The notes beneath the pieces were generated by a model. It saw nothing but the letters and a program-made list of their open reading frames with translations, did not search any database and had not been told where the DNA came from. A stretch of DNA of 64,000 nt, from the NCBI GenBank assembly GCA_965208615.1, contig CBDBPB010000002.1, positions 64,001-128,000 on the forward strand. The letters run 5' to 3'. The DNA is from Spirochaetota bacterium (GTDB taxonomy: Bacteria; Spirochaetota; UBA6919; CBDBPB01). A program made the position numbers and the translations under genes. Below, piece after piece: positions 20,642-32,831 of this stretch. Position 1 is the first letter of the stretch; every line of letters begins with the position of its first letter.

Positions 20642-22813
20642 ATGGATAAAAAAAACAGCTTTATATATATGCAGTGGTTGTGGAATTGGTGAGGCTCTTG
20701 ACATTGATAAGCTTAAAGAGATTGCTACTAAGGCTAAGGCGGATGTTTTGTAAGGTACATCCTTTTCTTTGTGGTGAAGAGGGGGTATCGCTTATAAAGG
20801 CTGACATAGCTGATGGGGTTAATGCTATTAATATTGCGGCTTGTTCTGCTAGGGTTAATACTGATGTTTTTGCTTTTGGGGCTAATATAATAAATGAGCG
20901 TACATCTTTGAGGGAGAATGTTGTTTGGCTAAGTCCTCCTAATAATGAGGATACCCAACTCCTTGCTGAAGACTATATTCGTATGGGACTTGTTAAAAAC
21001 TCAGAAGTGTAATATACCAGAGCCTTTTATCCTTGATGATATTAATAGAACTGTGGTTGTTGTTGGTGGAGGGGTTAGTGGGTTAACGTCTGCTATTGAG
21101 AGTGCAAAGGCTGGATATAATACTGTTCTTATTGAGAAAAACAAAGGGCTTGGTGGCTTTGCTAATAAGTTATACAAGCAATTACCATCTAAATATCCTT
21201 ATAGATATACTGAGTCGCCTAGTGTTAATAGTCTTATTGATGAGGCTAATAAAATAGATAATATAAAGGTTATGACCAATACGTCCATTAAGTCTGTGGA
21301 GGGCATGACTGGTAATTTTACTGTTACGGTTAATAGTAATGGGGATGATAGTTCATTTAGTGCTGGATCATTTGTGGTATCAACTGGGTGGCGTCCTTAT
21401 GATGCCAATAAGCTTGGTCATTTGGGATATAGTAAGTTTAGTAATGTGATGACCAACGTTGAGTTTGAGGAGATGGCACGCACTAATAATGGTAAACTTA
21501 GCCGTCCATCTGATGGAAAGGCTATTGGGTCTGTTTTATTTGTACAGTGTGCTGGATCAAGGGATGAGAATCATTTACCTTATTGTTCATCTGTATGTTG
21601 TATGACGTCTTTAAAGCAGGCTACTTATGTCCGTGAGATGGATGATAATGCTAAGGCATACATTATTTATAAGGATATGATAACTCCTGCACAGTTTGAG
21701 AACTTTTACAAACAGGTACAGGGTGATTCGGGTATATATTTGACAAAAGGAGTAGTTGGTGAGTTCAAGGAAGAGGACGATAAAACTATAACTGTTGGGG
21801 TTAGTGAGACTTTAATAGGCGAGGATATTGATATAAAGGTTGATCTTGTGGTATTGGCTACTGGTATGGTGCCAAGTGAGCCTGATGCTTTACAGTTAAA
21901 GTATAGGCAGGGTACTGAAATACCCACCTTAGACGATTCTGGATTTTTAGATTCTCATTATATATGTTTCCCTTATGAGACAAGGCGTACTGGTATATAC
22001 GCGGCTGGACCTATTAGAAATCCTATGACTATGTATAATAGTATGCAGGATGCTACTGGTGCGGCGTTAAAGGCTATTCAGTCTATTGAGATGTATTCTA
22101 GAGGAGAGGCTGTTCATCCAAGGGCTGGGGATCAATCACATCCTATACTTAATGTTAACGTGTGTACTCAATGTAAGCGTTGTACTGAGGAGTGTCCATT
22201 TGGCTCTATTGATGAGATTATGGAAGGTGAAGAGACCCCTCAATTAAAGGTTAGCACGCCAAAGTTTAATCCTAATAGGTGTAGGAGATGTGGTATATGT
22301 TTTGGAGCTTGTCCTGTTAGGGCTCTTAATTTTGAGAACTACTCTATGGATATGATTGGCTCTATGATCAAGGCTATTGACGTACCTGATGAGGATGAGG
22401 AAAAACCAAGAATATTAGCTTTAATGTGTGAGAATGACGCCTATCCTGGATTGGATATATTAGCTATGAATCGTAAGACTATTAGTCCATGGGTTAGGGT
22501 TATACCTGTTAGATGTCTTGGATCGGTTAACACTATTTGGATTGCTGATGCTCTTAACAGTGGTATTGATGGTATTTTATTAGCTGGGTGTAAATATGGT
22601 GATGATTATCAATGTCATTTTATTAAGGGTAGCGAGATTTGTAGTAAGAGAATGGAAAACGTACAGGAGACTCTTAATAACCTAATGCTTGAAAGTGAGC
22701 GTGTTCAGCAGGTTGAGGTTACTTTGGGTGATTATGATAGGCTGGATACTATTATTAATGATTTTGCTAAAGTGATAGAGGATGTTGGTCCTAATCCGTT
22801 TAAAGACTTTTAG
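20642..22813 (+). CDS. qmoB: QmoB (HdrA-like with C-terminal MvhD/FlpD domain); three apparent +1 frameshifts
   Basis: Corrected start MDKKTALYICSGCGIG; SHYICFPYETRRTGIY, CTQCKRCTEECPFG, CENDAYP, GCKYGDDYQCHF. Confidence 0.88.
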
Positions 22814-22821
22814 GAGGTATT

Positions 22822-23994
22822 ATGTCTAACAATATGCTTATAGAGCCTAGTTTAGATTTTGCTAAGGACATTGCTGATAGTGGTGCTAATTGTATGCAGA
22901 AGTGTTATCAATGTGCCACTTGTTCTACGGTATGTAAGTTATCGTCTGATGATAGTCCTTTTCCGCGTAAGGAGATGATGTGGGCTCAATGGGGATTAGA
23001 GGATAAACTAGTTAATGATCCTGATATATGGTTATGTCACCAGTGTAATGATTGTGTTAAGTACTGTCCCAGAGAGGCAAGGCCTGGTGATTTAATGGCG
23101 GCTTTAAGAAAGCGTACATTTAAGCATTATGCCATACCTGGTTTTATGGCAAAGTTATTGGGTAAGCCTAAGATGTTACCGTTGTTATTAGCTATACCTG
23201 CCATTATTTTTTTAGTTATTGTTATGGTTAATGGTAGTTTATCTAATCTATCGGGCGAGATTATTTATTCTAAGCTTGTTCCTATGGGTTATATTGATGT
23301 AGTTTTCATCCCGCTATTTTTGTTAGGGGTTGCTACGTTATTGATATCGCTAAACAGTTTTTGGAAGGGCATGAAGGCTCATGATAACCCTACTCGTGAG
23401 ACTAGTAGCTTTATTGGGGCTATTATTAATACTGCTAAGGATATTTTATTCCACACGAAGTTTAAAGAGTGCGATGTTAATAAGGCTAGGCGTATAGCTC
23501 ATTGGATGACGTTATTTGGTTTTATTGGTTTAGCCATTACCACTACGTACGTGTGGATAATAAATTGGTTTATGACTAATCCGCTAACTGGAAAGGGATA
23601 TACTACGCCTCTTGAGACGTCAGGTGCACCAGGTGCATTATTATTCAAGGGTTTTGCGACTATTAGTGCTGGATTATTTATAGTTGGTGCAATTTTATTA
23701 TTTATTAACAGAAGAAAGGCTATGACTATTTCCAAGTCTAAGACTACTGGTTATGATTGGATATTTATGGCGATGATATTTTTTACTGGTCTAACTGGTA
23801 TGTTGAGTGTTATGCTTAGAAAGCAGGAGTTAGCTATAATTGCCTATCCTATTTATTTTATACATTTGATATGTGTATTTTACGTATTGGTATATTTACC
23901 ATATTCGAAGTTAGCTCATTTAGGTTATCGTTTTACGGCAATGGTATACTCTAAATATACTGGTAGGGATTTATCTAACAAGTCTGAGGAGTAG
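22822..23994 (+). CDS. qmoC: QmoC (HdrC-like Fe-S domain fused to a heme b membrane domain)
   Basis: KCYQCATCSTVC, FPRKEMMWAQWG, WLCHQCNDCVKYCPR, TM helices, YLPYSKLAH. Confidence 0.92.
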   Translation: MSNNMLIEPSLDFAKDIADSGANCMQKCYQCATCSTVCKLSSDDSPFPRKEMMWAQWGLEDKLVNDPDIWLCHQCNDCVKYCPREARPGDLMAALRKRTFKHYAIPGFMAKLLGKPKMLPLLLAIPAIIFLVIVMVNGSLSNLSGEIIYSKLVPMGYIDVVFIPLFLLGVATLLISLNSFWKGMKAHDNPTRETSSFIGAIINTAKDILFHTKFKECDVNKARRIAHWMTLFGFIGLAITTTYVWIINWFMTNPLTGKGYTTPLETSGAPGALLFKGFATISAGLFIVGAILLFINRRKAMTISKSKTTGYDWIFMAMIFFTGLTGMLSVMLRKQELAIIAYPIYFIHLICVFYVLVYLPYSKLAHLGYRFTAMVYSKYTGRDLSNKSEE

Positions 23995-24061
23995 ACAAGT
24001 TATATAATTTATAAATGGGATGAGTAAGGTTTACTTTCTTTTAGTTTTTCTTTTAAGATAT

Positions 24062-24575
24062 TATTAGGCTATTTGTAAAGAGGATCTAGTAGTTTACTTT
24101 TTATGATTGTTATTTATCATAGAGGATTAGGTATACTTTTTTGAAGTTTTACATATAAAGTCAATATGTAATATTTGAATAATCCGCTCTACGCCTTTAT
24201 GGAACTACAAATCCGTTAACACTTAATAAAGGTCTCTAATCCTTAGTCTCAGTAAGGGATTCTTAATAGCTCTCGAAGTGATGACTACTTGCATAAAAAG
24301 TGATATTTTGTGTTCATTACTAAGGCATTTAAGCAGCACTTAAAGAGCATAGAGGGATAACCTGCTTGATACAAGAAAATAACTTTTTCATAAATATCTT
24401 AACTTTCCTGTTCCACAAAGGAATCTAAAATCTATCTGCCTTTACGTTATATGTCTTCCTTTTGCCTTGTATCCCTCGTCATAACTCTGTCATAAAATGA
24501 TAACTAAATTATTAAATAATATCCCCTAAATAAACTAATATCAAAAAAGAAAAGCCATGCTCCCCTTAGCCTTAA
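24062..24575 (-). repeat. Dispersed non-coding element copy 3 (304 nt core at 24151-24454, only a fragment of the unit)
   Basis: Reverse complement of ~18210-18660 at high identity. Confidence 0.93.
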
Positions 24576-24748
24576 AGTATTCTAAATTAACTTATATATC
24601 TAAAACTTAAAAAATACAGATAAAATCTGCCTAAAACAGTCTTAGAATAACTTTTTTTACCAAAAAAAGCTTTGATTTTCTATAATATTATATATCTTTA
24701 TCTTTAAAATATTATATATATTCAGACTTAAAATTATAGGGGGCTTTT

Positions 24749-26524
24749 ATGCTAAAAACTAAGAGTTATTTGAAACTTTTAACAACACTATTAATTAGTT
24801 TATCACTATTTAGCTGTGATAATAATGCGGTTAATGAGGCATTAGGTGATAAAAATACCAGTGCCATAAAAACTGCAAAGGTAAAAGAAGATAAATCTAC
24901 TATAAAGGGTTATATACTAGGGGGAGTGCATGTAAGAGCTAATGCAAATGCTGGAGGTGATGGATCAACTTGGCAAAAAGCTTTTAATGACCTTCAAAAG
25001 GCTATTGATAAAGCTAAAAAAGATGGGGGCATAGTATATGTTGCTCAAGGGACTTATAAGCCTAATAGCCATCCCAACGGCGGTAGCGGGGAACGTAATA
25101 AACATTTTGCCTTACGAAATAATGTAGTAGTCATTGGGGGATATACCACTAACCGCGATAAACGGGATAAGGATCCTACTAAGACTATTTTAACTGGTGA
25201 TCTTGGTAATACAAGGGTACTTAATGTTTTTTATAATAAGGGTTTAAATAAAACTTCAAAGTTGAAGTACTTTACTATTACTAAGGGCAAGGCTGATGGT
25301 GCTAATAAGGGCAGTGGAGGGGGTATGTATAATGATAATAGCTCTCCAAGTTTGATAAGCATTAACTTTGAGGGTAATGAGGCTAAAAATAGTGGTGGAG
25401 CTATTTATAACAGTAATAGCACTTCAAATTTAATAAGCGTTAATTTTAAGGATAATAATGCTAAAAACGGTGGGGCAATGTATAATGCTAATAAAAGCTC
25501 TCCAAAGATAGTCAATTCTAGGTTTAATAATAATACGGCTGAAGATGGAGGGGGCATGTATAATGATAATAGTTCTCCAAAGTTAATGTACAGTTATTTT
25601 ACTGGTAATAAATCTATCAGTAATAACTGGCAAATAGGAGATGGAGGAGGGGGCATGTATAATAATAATAGTAAACCTATTTTATTAGGCATTAGTTTTA
25701 CTAATAATACGGCTAAATATAGGGGAGGGGGCATGTATAATTATAGTAATAGCTCTCCCACTTTAATAGATGTGGAGTTTAATAGTAATACGGCTAGAAA
25801 GAATGGAGGGGGCATGGCTAATGGTAATAGCTCTCCCACTTTAACAAATGTGAAGTTTACTAATAATACGGCTACATATTACGGAGGGGGCATGTATAAT
25901 ACTAATAGCTCTCCCACTTTAGAAAATGTGACTTTTAATAGCAATTCGGCCACATGGGGAGGGGGCATGCATAATTGGAAAAGCTCTCCCACTTTAACAA
26001 ATGTGAAGTTTAATAGCAATTCGGCCCCATGGGGAGGGGGCATGTATAATACTAATAGCTCTCCCACTTTAGAAAATGTGACTTTTGAGAGTAATACGGC
26101 TACATATTACGGAGGGGGCATGTATAATACTAATAGCTCTCCCACTTTAAAAAATGTGAAGTTTAATAGCAATTCGGCCCCATGGGGAGGGGGCATGTAT
26201 AATACTAATAGCTCTCCCACTTTAGAAAATGTGACTTTTGAGAGTAATACGGCTACATATTACGGAGGGGGCATGGTTAATTATAATAATAGCTCTCCCA
26301 CTTTAGATAATACGGTGATTTTTAATAAAAACATTGCTGGTAGTGTTGCTAATAGCCAAATAGGCGAAGGCGGGGCTATTTATAATGTTGTTGGTTCTAG
26401 ATATGGTCCTGACTCAAGAATAATAGGCACACCAACCTATGGAACGGGTGATGATGAAAATAAAAAGGTTATCAAAGTGGATAATACATATAAACTTGTA
26501 AAGTCAAACCTTGAGTCAGGCTAA
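24749..26524 (+). CDS. Pmp-like beta-helix repeat surface lipoprotein
   Basis: Lipobox LFSC; VYVAQGTY domain; multiple GGGMYN..SSPTL repeats; GGAIYN C-terminal cap. Confidence 0.87.
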   Translation: MLKTKSYLKLLTTLLISLSLFSCDNNAVNEALGDKNTSAIKTAKVKEDKSTIKGYILGGVHVRANANAGGDGSTWQKAFNDLQKAIDKAKKDGGIVYVAQGTYKPNSHPNGGSGERNKHFALRNNVVVIGGYTTNRDKRDKDPTKTILTGDLGNTRVLNVFYNKGLNKTSKLKYFTITKGKADGANKGSGGGMYNDNSSPSLISINFEGNEAKNSGGAIYNSNSTSNLISVNFKDNNAKNGGAMYNANKSSPKIVNSRFNNNTAEDGGGMYNDNSSPKLMYSYFTGNKSISNNWQIGDGGGGMYNNNSKPILLGISFTNNTAKYRGGGMYNYSNSSPTLIDVEFNSNTARKNGGGMANGNSSPTLTNVKFTNNTATYYGGGMYNTNSSPTLENVTFNSNSATWGGGMHNWKSSPTLTNVKFNSNSAPWGGGMYNTNSSPTLENVTFESNTATYYGGGMYNTNSSPTLKNVKFNSNSAPWGGGMYNTNSSPTLENVTFESNTATYYGGGMVNYNNSSPTLDNTVIFNKNIAGSVANSQIGEGGAIYNVVGSRYGPDSRIIGTPTYGTGDDENKKVIKVDNTYKLVKSNLESG

Positions 26525-26555
26525 TAAGTATATTTATTTAGTCAGTTAAAATTAA

Positions 26556-26579
26556 GGGGAGCATAGCTCCTCTTTTTTT
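26556..26579 (+). terminator. Rho-independent terminator of the paralog module
   Basis: GGGGAGC-ATA-GCTCCTC followed by T7. Confidence 0.75.
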
Positions 26580-26620
26580 ATGGTTTTTATAACAAAGTAG
26601 CAGTTATAGCATAAATAGAC

Positions 26621-26649
26621 TTGACTTATCCTTCTATAAATATTATAAT
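26621..26649 (+). promoter_or_regulatory. Near-consensus sigma70 promoter TTGACT-N17-TATAAT
   Basis: Direct motif match; same module as 14596-14624. Confidence 0.65.
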
Positions 26650-27112
26650 ATGTGATAGAACAAGTTATGCTATTAGTTGTTCTAATAGTGTAGATTAAAC
26701 TAAGCTAACTTATATTTCTAAAACTTCCTAAAATCTATTTGGCAATAGTCTTAGAATAACTTATCTAAAAGCTAGAATAATTAGTAACTCTAATCCACTA
26801 AAATGACTCATAAGACTTCTTTTATAATCAAATTATCATAGAACGTCATATTAGTCTATTTGCCCGTACAAAAAAATATAGATTAAAATACCTATACTAC
26901 AGCAATATTAAAAAGTTTAATAACATTATTCTTCTGGTCTTATACTAACTTTTTTATAAAAACTCTTTACTATATATAATACTTATACTATATTATTAAT
27001 ATGCAATATAAATGAACAATAAATATAATATAAAAGTATTTATTGTCAAGGTGAATTTTACTCATATTAAGATATATTGTAAAAATTAAACTATTTTATT
27101 AAGGAGGCTTAT

Positions 27113-27622
27113 ATGAAAAAGCTTAACAGAAGAGGTTTTTTAAAGTTAAGCTCTGGAGTTGCAGGAGCTGTTATAGTTAGTACATCTTGCGGTAATAGTG
27201 GTAGTATTGCTGATAGTTCTAATAAAAGTAGTAGTTCTTTCCCTACAAATACTATAGCCCAGTTAAAGGAGCTTAAAGTCGGAAAACCAAAGGATTTTAA
27301 CTATCCTGATAAGAATTCCCCATGTATTTTAATCAAGTTAGGTAATAGTGCTTTGGGTGGGGTTGGTCCTGATAAAGATGTTGTGGCATTTAGTAAATTA
27401 TGTTCTCATATGGGATGTCCTGTACTTTATGATAGTAAAAAAGCTGTATTAAAATGTGGTTGTCACTTTAGTATTTTTGATCCTGGGGTAGCTGGTCAGC
27501 AAGTATGTGGTCAGGCTACTGAAAAACTGCCACAAGTTGTACTTGATTATGACTCTAAAAGTGGTGCTATTAGTGCTACTGGTATGAATGGTATAGTTTA
27601 TGGCAGACAAAGTAATATTTAA
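27113..27622 (+). CDS. aioB: Arsenite oxidase small (Rieske) subunit
   Basis: Tat signal RRGFLK; FNYPDKNSPC, GGVGPD, CSHMGC, CGCHFS, GQQVCGQATEKLP. Confidence 0.92.
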   Translation: MKKLNRRGFLKLSSGVAGAVIVSTSCGNSGSIADSSNKSSSSFPTNTIAQLKELKVGKPKDFNYPDKNSPCILIKLGNSALGGVGPDKDVVAFSKLCSHMGCPVLYDSKKAVLKCGCHFSIFDPGVAGQQVCGQATEKLPQVVLDYDSKSGAISATGMNGIVYGRQSNI

Positions 27623-27637
27623 TAAGGAGGAAATTAT

Positions 27638-30097
27638 ATGAATGCTAAAAGAATACCTTTACCCCCTAAAGGGACTAAACCTAGTAATTTAACTTGTCAT
27701 TTTTGTATAGTTGGTTGTGGATATAGGGTATATAAATGGCCTATAAGTAGAGAGGGAGGTCCTAGTAAGGGTGATAATGCTCTAGGACTTGATTTTACAA
27801 AGCCATTAGTGGCACAAGAGATAACTTTAACCTCTTCTATGGTTAACGAGATACAGGATAATAACGGCAGAAAGTATAATATAATGATTATTCCTGATAA
27901 AAAATGTGTTGTAAATGAGGGCTTATCATCTACTAGAGGTGGAGCTTTGGCTAGCTTAATGTATAACAGTGCTTCTCCTACTAGTAATCGTTTAAAATAT
28001 CCATCAATATTTACTGGAGATAGCTGGTCTGATACTAATTGGGATTATGCTTTAGATTTGTATGCCGCTCTTACAAAGAAGATATTGGATAATGATGGAC
28101 CTGATCAGATATTTTTTAATGCTTTTGATCACGGTGGAGCAGGCGGTGGCTTTGAGAATACTTATGCTAGTGGAAAGTTAATGTTTTCGTCTATAAAGAC
28201 TAAGATGGTACGAATACATAATAGGCCTGCATATAACTCTGAGTGTCACGGTAGTCGTGATATGGGGATTGGTGAGTTGAACAACAGTTATGAAGATGCT
28301 CAACTTGCGGATACTATATTTTGTATAGGGGCTAACCCTTATGAAACACAAACTAATTACTTTTTAGCACATTGGTTAGCCAACTTTAGGGGAGCTAGTT
28401 TAGATAAGAAAAAGAAACGTTTTCCAGATGAAACCGTTGATAGCGCTAGGGTTATATTTGTTGATCCAAGGCGTAGTCCGACTATTGCTATTAGTGAGCA
28501 GATTGTGGGTAAGGATAAGGTTTTACATTTGGACATAAATCCTGGTACTGATATAGCTTTATTTAATGGTCTTTTTACTTATGTGGTTGATAAGGGTTGG
28601 CATGACAAGGAATTCATATCTAAACATACTAGCGGTTTTGACTCTTCATTGGCTAGTAATAGGATTTCTTTGGATGAGTGTAGTAAAATTACTGGGGTTA
28701 GTAAGGATAAGATTATTAAGGCGGCAGAGTGGGCTTATAAGTCTAAAAAGTCTGGTCATAGACCGCGAACAATGCATGCTTATGAAAAAGGTATTATATG
28801 GGGTAATGATAATTATCATATACAGGTGTCATTAGTGGATCTTGTATTGGCTACTCATAATGTGGGACGTCGTGGTACTGGGGTTGTTAGATTAGGCGGA
28901 CATCAAGAGGGATATGCTAGACCTCCATATCCGGGTCCTCGTCCTGCTCCGTATATAGATAAAGAAATTATCAATGGTAATGGTAAGATGCTTACTGTTT
29001 GGGCGTGTAATTCGTTGCAGACAACTTGTAATGCGGATACTTATAAAAAAGCAATATTAAAAAGGTCTAATATAGTTAGGGATGCTCTATCTAGGTTAAC
29101 TGCACCGTCTTTAAATAAGGTGGTAGATACCATATATAGTGCTATTAACAGAGGTGGACTTTTTATTACTACTATTGATATTTATCCTACTAAGTTTGCT
29201 GAAGTTGGACATCTTGTTATGCCGGGTGCTCATCCTGGTGAAATGAATTTAACATCCATGAATGGTGAAAGAAGAATGCGTCTTTCTGAGCGATTTATGG
29301 ATCCTCCTGGTCTTGCTAAACCTGACTGTCTTATAGCGGCAGATATTGCTAATAAAATTAAGGCCTTATATGCTAAAGAAGGTAATAATGAAATGGCTGA
29401 TCGCTTTTCTGACTTTGACTGGAAGACAGAAGAAGATGTATTTAATGCTGGATTTAGAAAACCAAAAGGTATAGATAGTCAGGGGGGTGGAACAGGTAAT
29501 ATAGCTAGTTATGAGCGTCTTAAGGCTATGGGTAATGACGGTGTTCAGTTGCCAATTAAGGAATATAAGGATGGTAAGCTAGTTGGAACAGAAATGATTT
29601 ATTCTGATTATAAGTTTTCTACCAAAGATGGTAAGGCTCATTTTATGAGTTCTCCTTGGAAGGGATTACATCCTACTGTAGCTAAACAAAAGAAAAAGTA
29701 TAACTTTTGGATAAACAATGGTCGTAATAATCAGATATGGCAGAGTGCTTATCATGATAGGTATATGGAGTTTAGAAAAAACCGTTATCCTATGGCGCCT
29801 GTTGAGATTAATCCTGTTGATGCTAAAAAGCTCAATATAAAAAGTAGTGATATAGTTGAGATATATAATGATTTTGGTTCAACTTATGCTATGGCATATT
29901 TAGAAGAGGATATAAAGCAGGGTCATGTATTTATGATGTTTGCATATCATAATGGTACAGCCGGGGATATTACCACTGATGCTGTTGATGAGAATATTGT
30001 CCCTTATTATAAAGGTACATGGGCAAACATTCGTAGGTTTGGTACTATGGCTGAATATGAAAAAACTGTTAGTTTTAAGTCGAGAAGATATAGTTAG
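27638..30097 (+). CDS. aioA: Arsenite oxidase large molybdopterin subunit
   Basis: [60 protein letters not shown]. Confidence 0.93.
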   Translation: MNAKRIPLPPKGTKPSNLTCHFCIVGCGYRVYKWPISREGGPSKGDNALGLDFTKPLVAQEITLTSSMVNEIQDNNGRKYNIMIIPDKKCVVNEGLSSTRGGALASLMYNSASPTSNRLKYPSIFTGDSWSDTNWDYALDLYAALTKKILDNDGPDQIFFNAFDHGGAGGGFENTYASGKLMFSSIKTKMVRIHNRPAYNSECHGSRDMGIGELNNSYEDAQLADTIFCIGANPYETQTNYFLAHWLANFRGASLDKKKKRFPDETVDSARVIFVDPRRSPTIAISEQIVGKDKVLHLDINPGTDIALFNGLFTYVVDKGWHDKEFISKHTSGFDSSLASNRISLDECSKITGVSKDKIIKAAEWAYKSKKSGHRPRTMHAYEKGIIWGNDNYHIQVSLVDLVLATHNVGRRGTGVVRLGGHQEGYARPPYPGPRPAPYIDKEIINGNGKMLTVWACNSLQTTCNADTYKKAILKRSNIVRDALSRLTAPSLNKVVDTIYSAINRGGLFITTIDIYPTKFAEVGHLVMPGAHPGEMNLTSMNGERRMRLSERFMDPPGLAKPDCLIAADIANKIKALYAKEGNNEMADRFSDFDWKTEEDVFNAGFRKPKGIDSQGGGTGNIASYERLKAMGNDGVQLPIKEYKDGKLVGTEMIYSDYKFSTKDGKAHFMSSPWKGLHPTVAKQKKKYNFWINNGRNNQIWQSAYHDRYMEFRKNRYPMAPVEINPVDAKKLNIKSSDIVEIYNDFGSTYAMAYLEEDIKQGHVFMMFAYHNGTAGDITTDAVDENIVPYYKGTWANIRRFGTMAEYEKTVSFKSRRYS

Positions 30098-30110
30098 TAA
30101 TGTATAATAT

Positions 30111-30142
30111 GCCTTCTTCTATTTCTGAAGAAGGCTTTTTTT
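30111..30142 (+). terminator. Rho-independent terminator after aioA
   Basis: GCCTTCTTC / GAAGAAGGC stem followed by T7. Confidence 0.8.
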
Positions 30143-30167
30143 AATATTTAAGTAAACCGAGAATGAA

Positions 30168-31082
30168 CTATTGTTTATGAGCTACGTGGGTAAAATGCTC
30201 TGTTACACCACTAGTTTGTGCAGTCCATGTTATACCATCGGTTGATGCTATAATTGTTCCGGCATTTCCTACAGCAACCCATTTATTATTATAATAAGTG
30301 ATACCATTAATTTGGTTTGTTATACCACTAACTATACTGCTCCAGGTTGTTCCATTGGATGATCCTATTAAGGTTCCATCAGCTCCGCCAGCAATCCACT
30401 TGTTACCATAAGCAATGCTATGTAGTTGTTTTGATGTACCACTAGTTAGGTTAGACCAGCTAGTTCCATTAGTTGATGTTATCATAGCACCATACCATCC
30501 AGCGGCAACCCATTTGCTATTACCATAGGCTACTGCAAAAAAATTAGTTAGTGAACCAATTTGTTGTGTCCATGTTGTTCCATCAGATGAAGTTTTAAGC
30601 ATTGTTGCATTTCCAACCACAACCCATTTATCGCCATAGGCTAATTCATAAAGTATATTTACACCCTGATTTTGTGAAGACCATGTTGTTCCATCACTTG
30701 ATGTTAGAATGATGCCAGCATTACCCACAGAGACCCATTGGTTATTAGCATAACTTATGTTGTGAAGAGTCTCTGTTGTACCACTGGTTACTGGACTCCA
30801 TGTAACTCCATCAGTTGATGTTAGCATTAGCCCTGTATTTCCAACAGCAATCCATTTACCATTGCCATAGGCTATACTTATAATATTTTTAATTGTGTTA
30901 GAGTTTTGTGATGTCCATTTAGACCCGTCAACTGATGTTGTAATAGTACCATTATTACCTACAGCAGTCCAAAATATCTCTTCAGTACTGTTTCCTGTAA
31001 CTGACTCAGATACATTATCACCACATGCCATTATAAACAAAAACATGCCTATCATAGCCATCAAAATAACTTTTGATTTCAT
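30168..31082 (-). CDS. Lipoprotein with BNR/beta-propeller-like repeats
   Basis: Lipobox IMAC; seven ~39 aa repeats W.AVG..G.I.TS.DGTTW. Confidence 0.8.
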   Translation of the reverse strand: MKSKVILMAMIGMFLFIMACGDNVSESVTGNSTEEIFWTAVGNNGTITTSVDGSKWTSQNSNTIKNIISIAYGNGKWIAVGNTGLMLTSTDGVTWSPVTSGTTETLHNISYANNQWVSVGNAGIILTSSDGTTWSSQNQGVNILYELAYGDKWVVVGNATMLKTSSDGTTWTQQIGSLTNFFAVAYGNSKWVAAGWYGAMITSTNGTSWSNLTSGTSKQLHSIAYGNKWIAGGADGTLIGSSNGTTWSSIVSGITNQINGITYYNNKWVAVGNAGTIIASTDGITWTAQTSGVTEHFTHVAHKQ

Positions 31083-31453
31083 AATAGTCTCCTTACATTT
31101 TATTTTAGTTTAATAAATATCTTATCAATTATAATTATAACCCAATTTTAATATATAACTAATATTAGGCTAAAGTAATCAGTTTGTTTCAAAGCAATTT
31201 AAACTGTACTTTAAATGATTATTTATAACTATAGTTAACTTTTATATTTGTCATAATGTGATAATATATTTTTATTCTAATTATTAATGATTGTTTAAAA
31301 AGTGGTTTGATATTTTCGTATAGTTTATTAAGTTTATAGTCTAATATATTTATAAGCTGTTGTATTTCTCTGATATAATAGTAAATAGTTATGCCATATT
31401 TAACTGTAATACAATCCAAATATAAAGATATATCCATTACTAAATTAATCTAA

Positions 31454-32809
<1,356 letters not shown>

Positions 32810-32831
32810 TAACTAATATAAGGCTTAAAAT

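Noticed and set aside
31219-31437. 72 aa minus-strand ORF between the lipoprotein gene and thrC
   Set aside because: AT-rich intergenic sequence with no RBS or recognisable motif.
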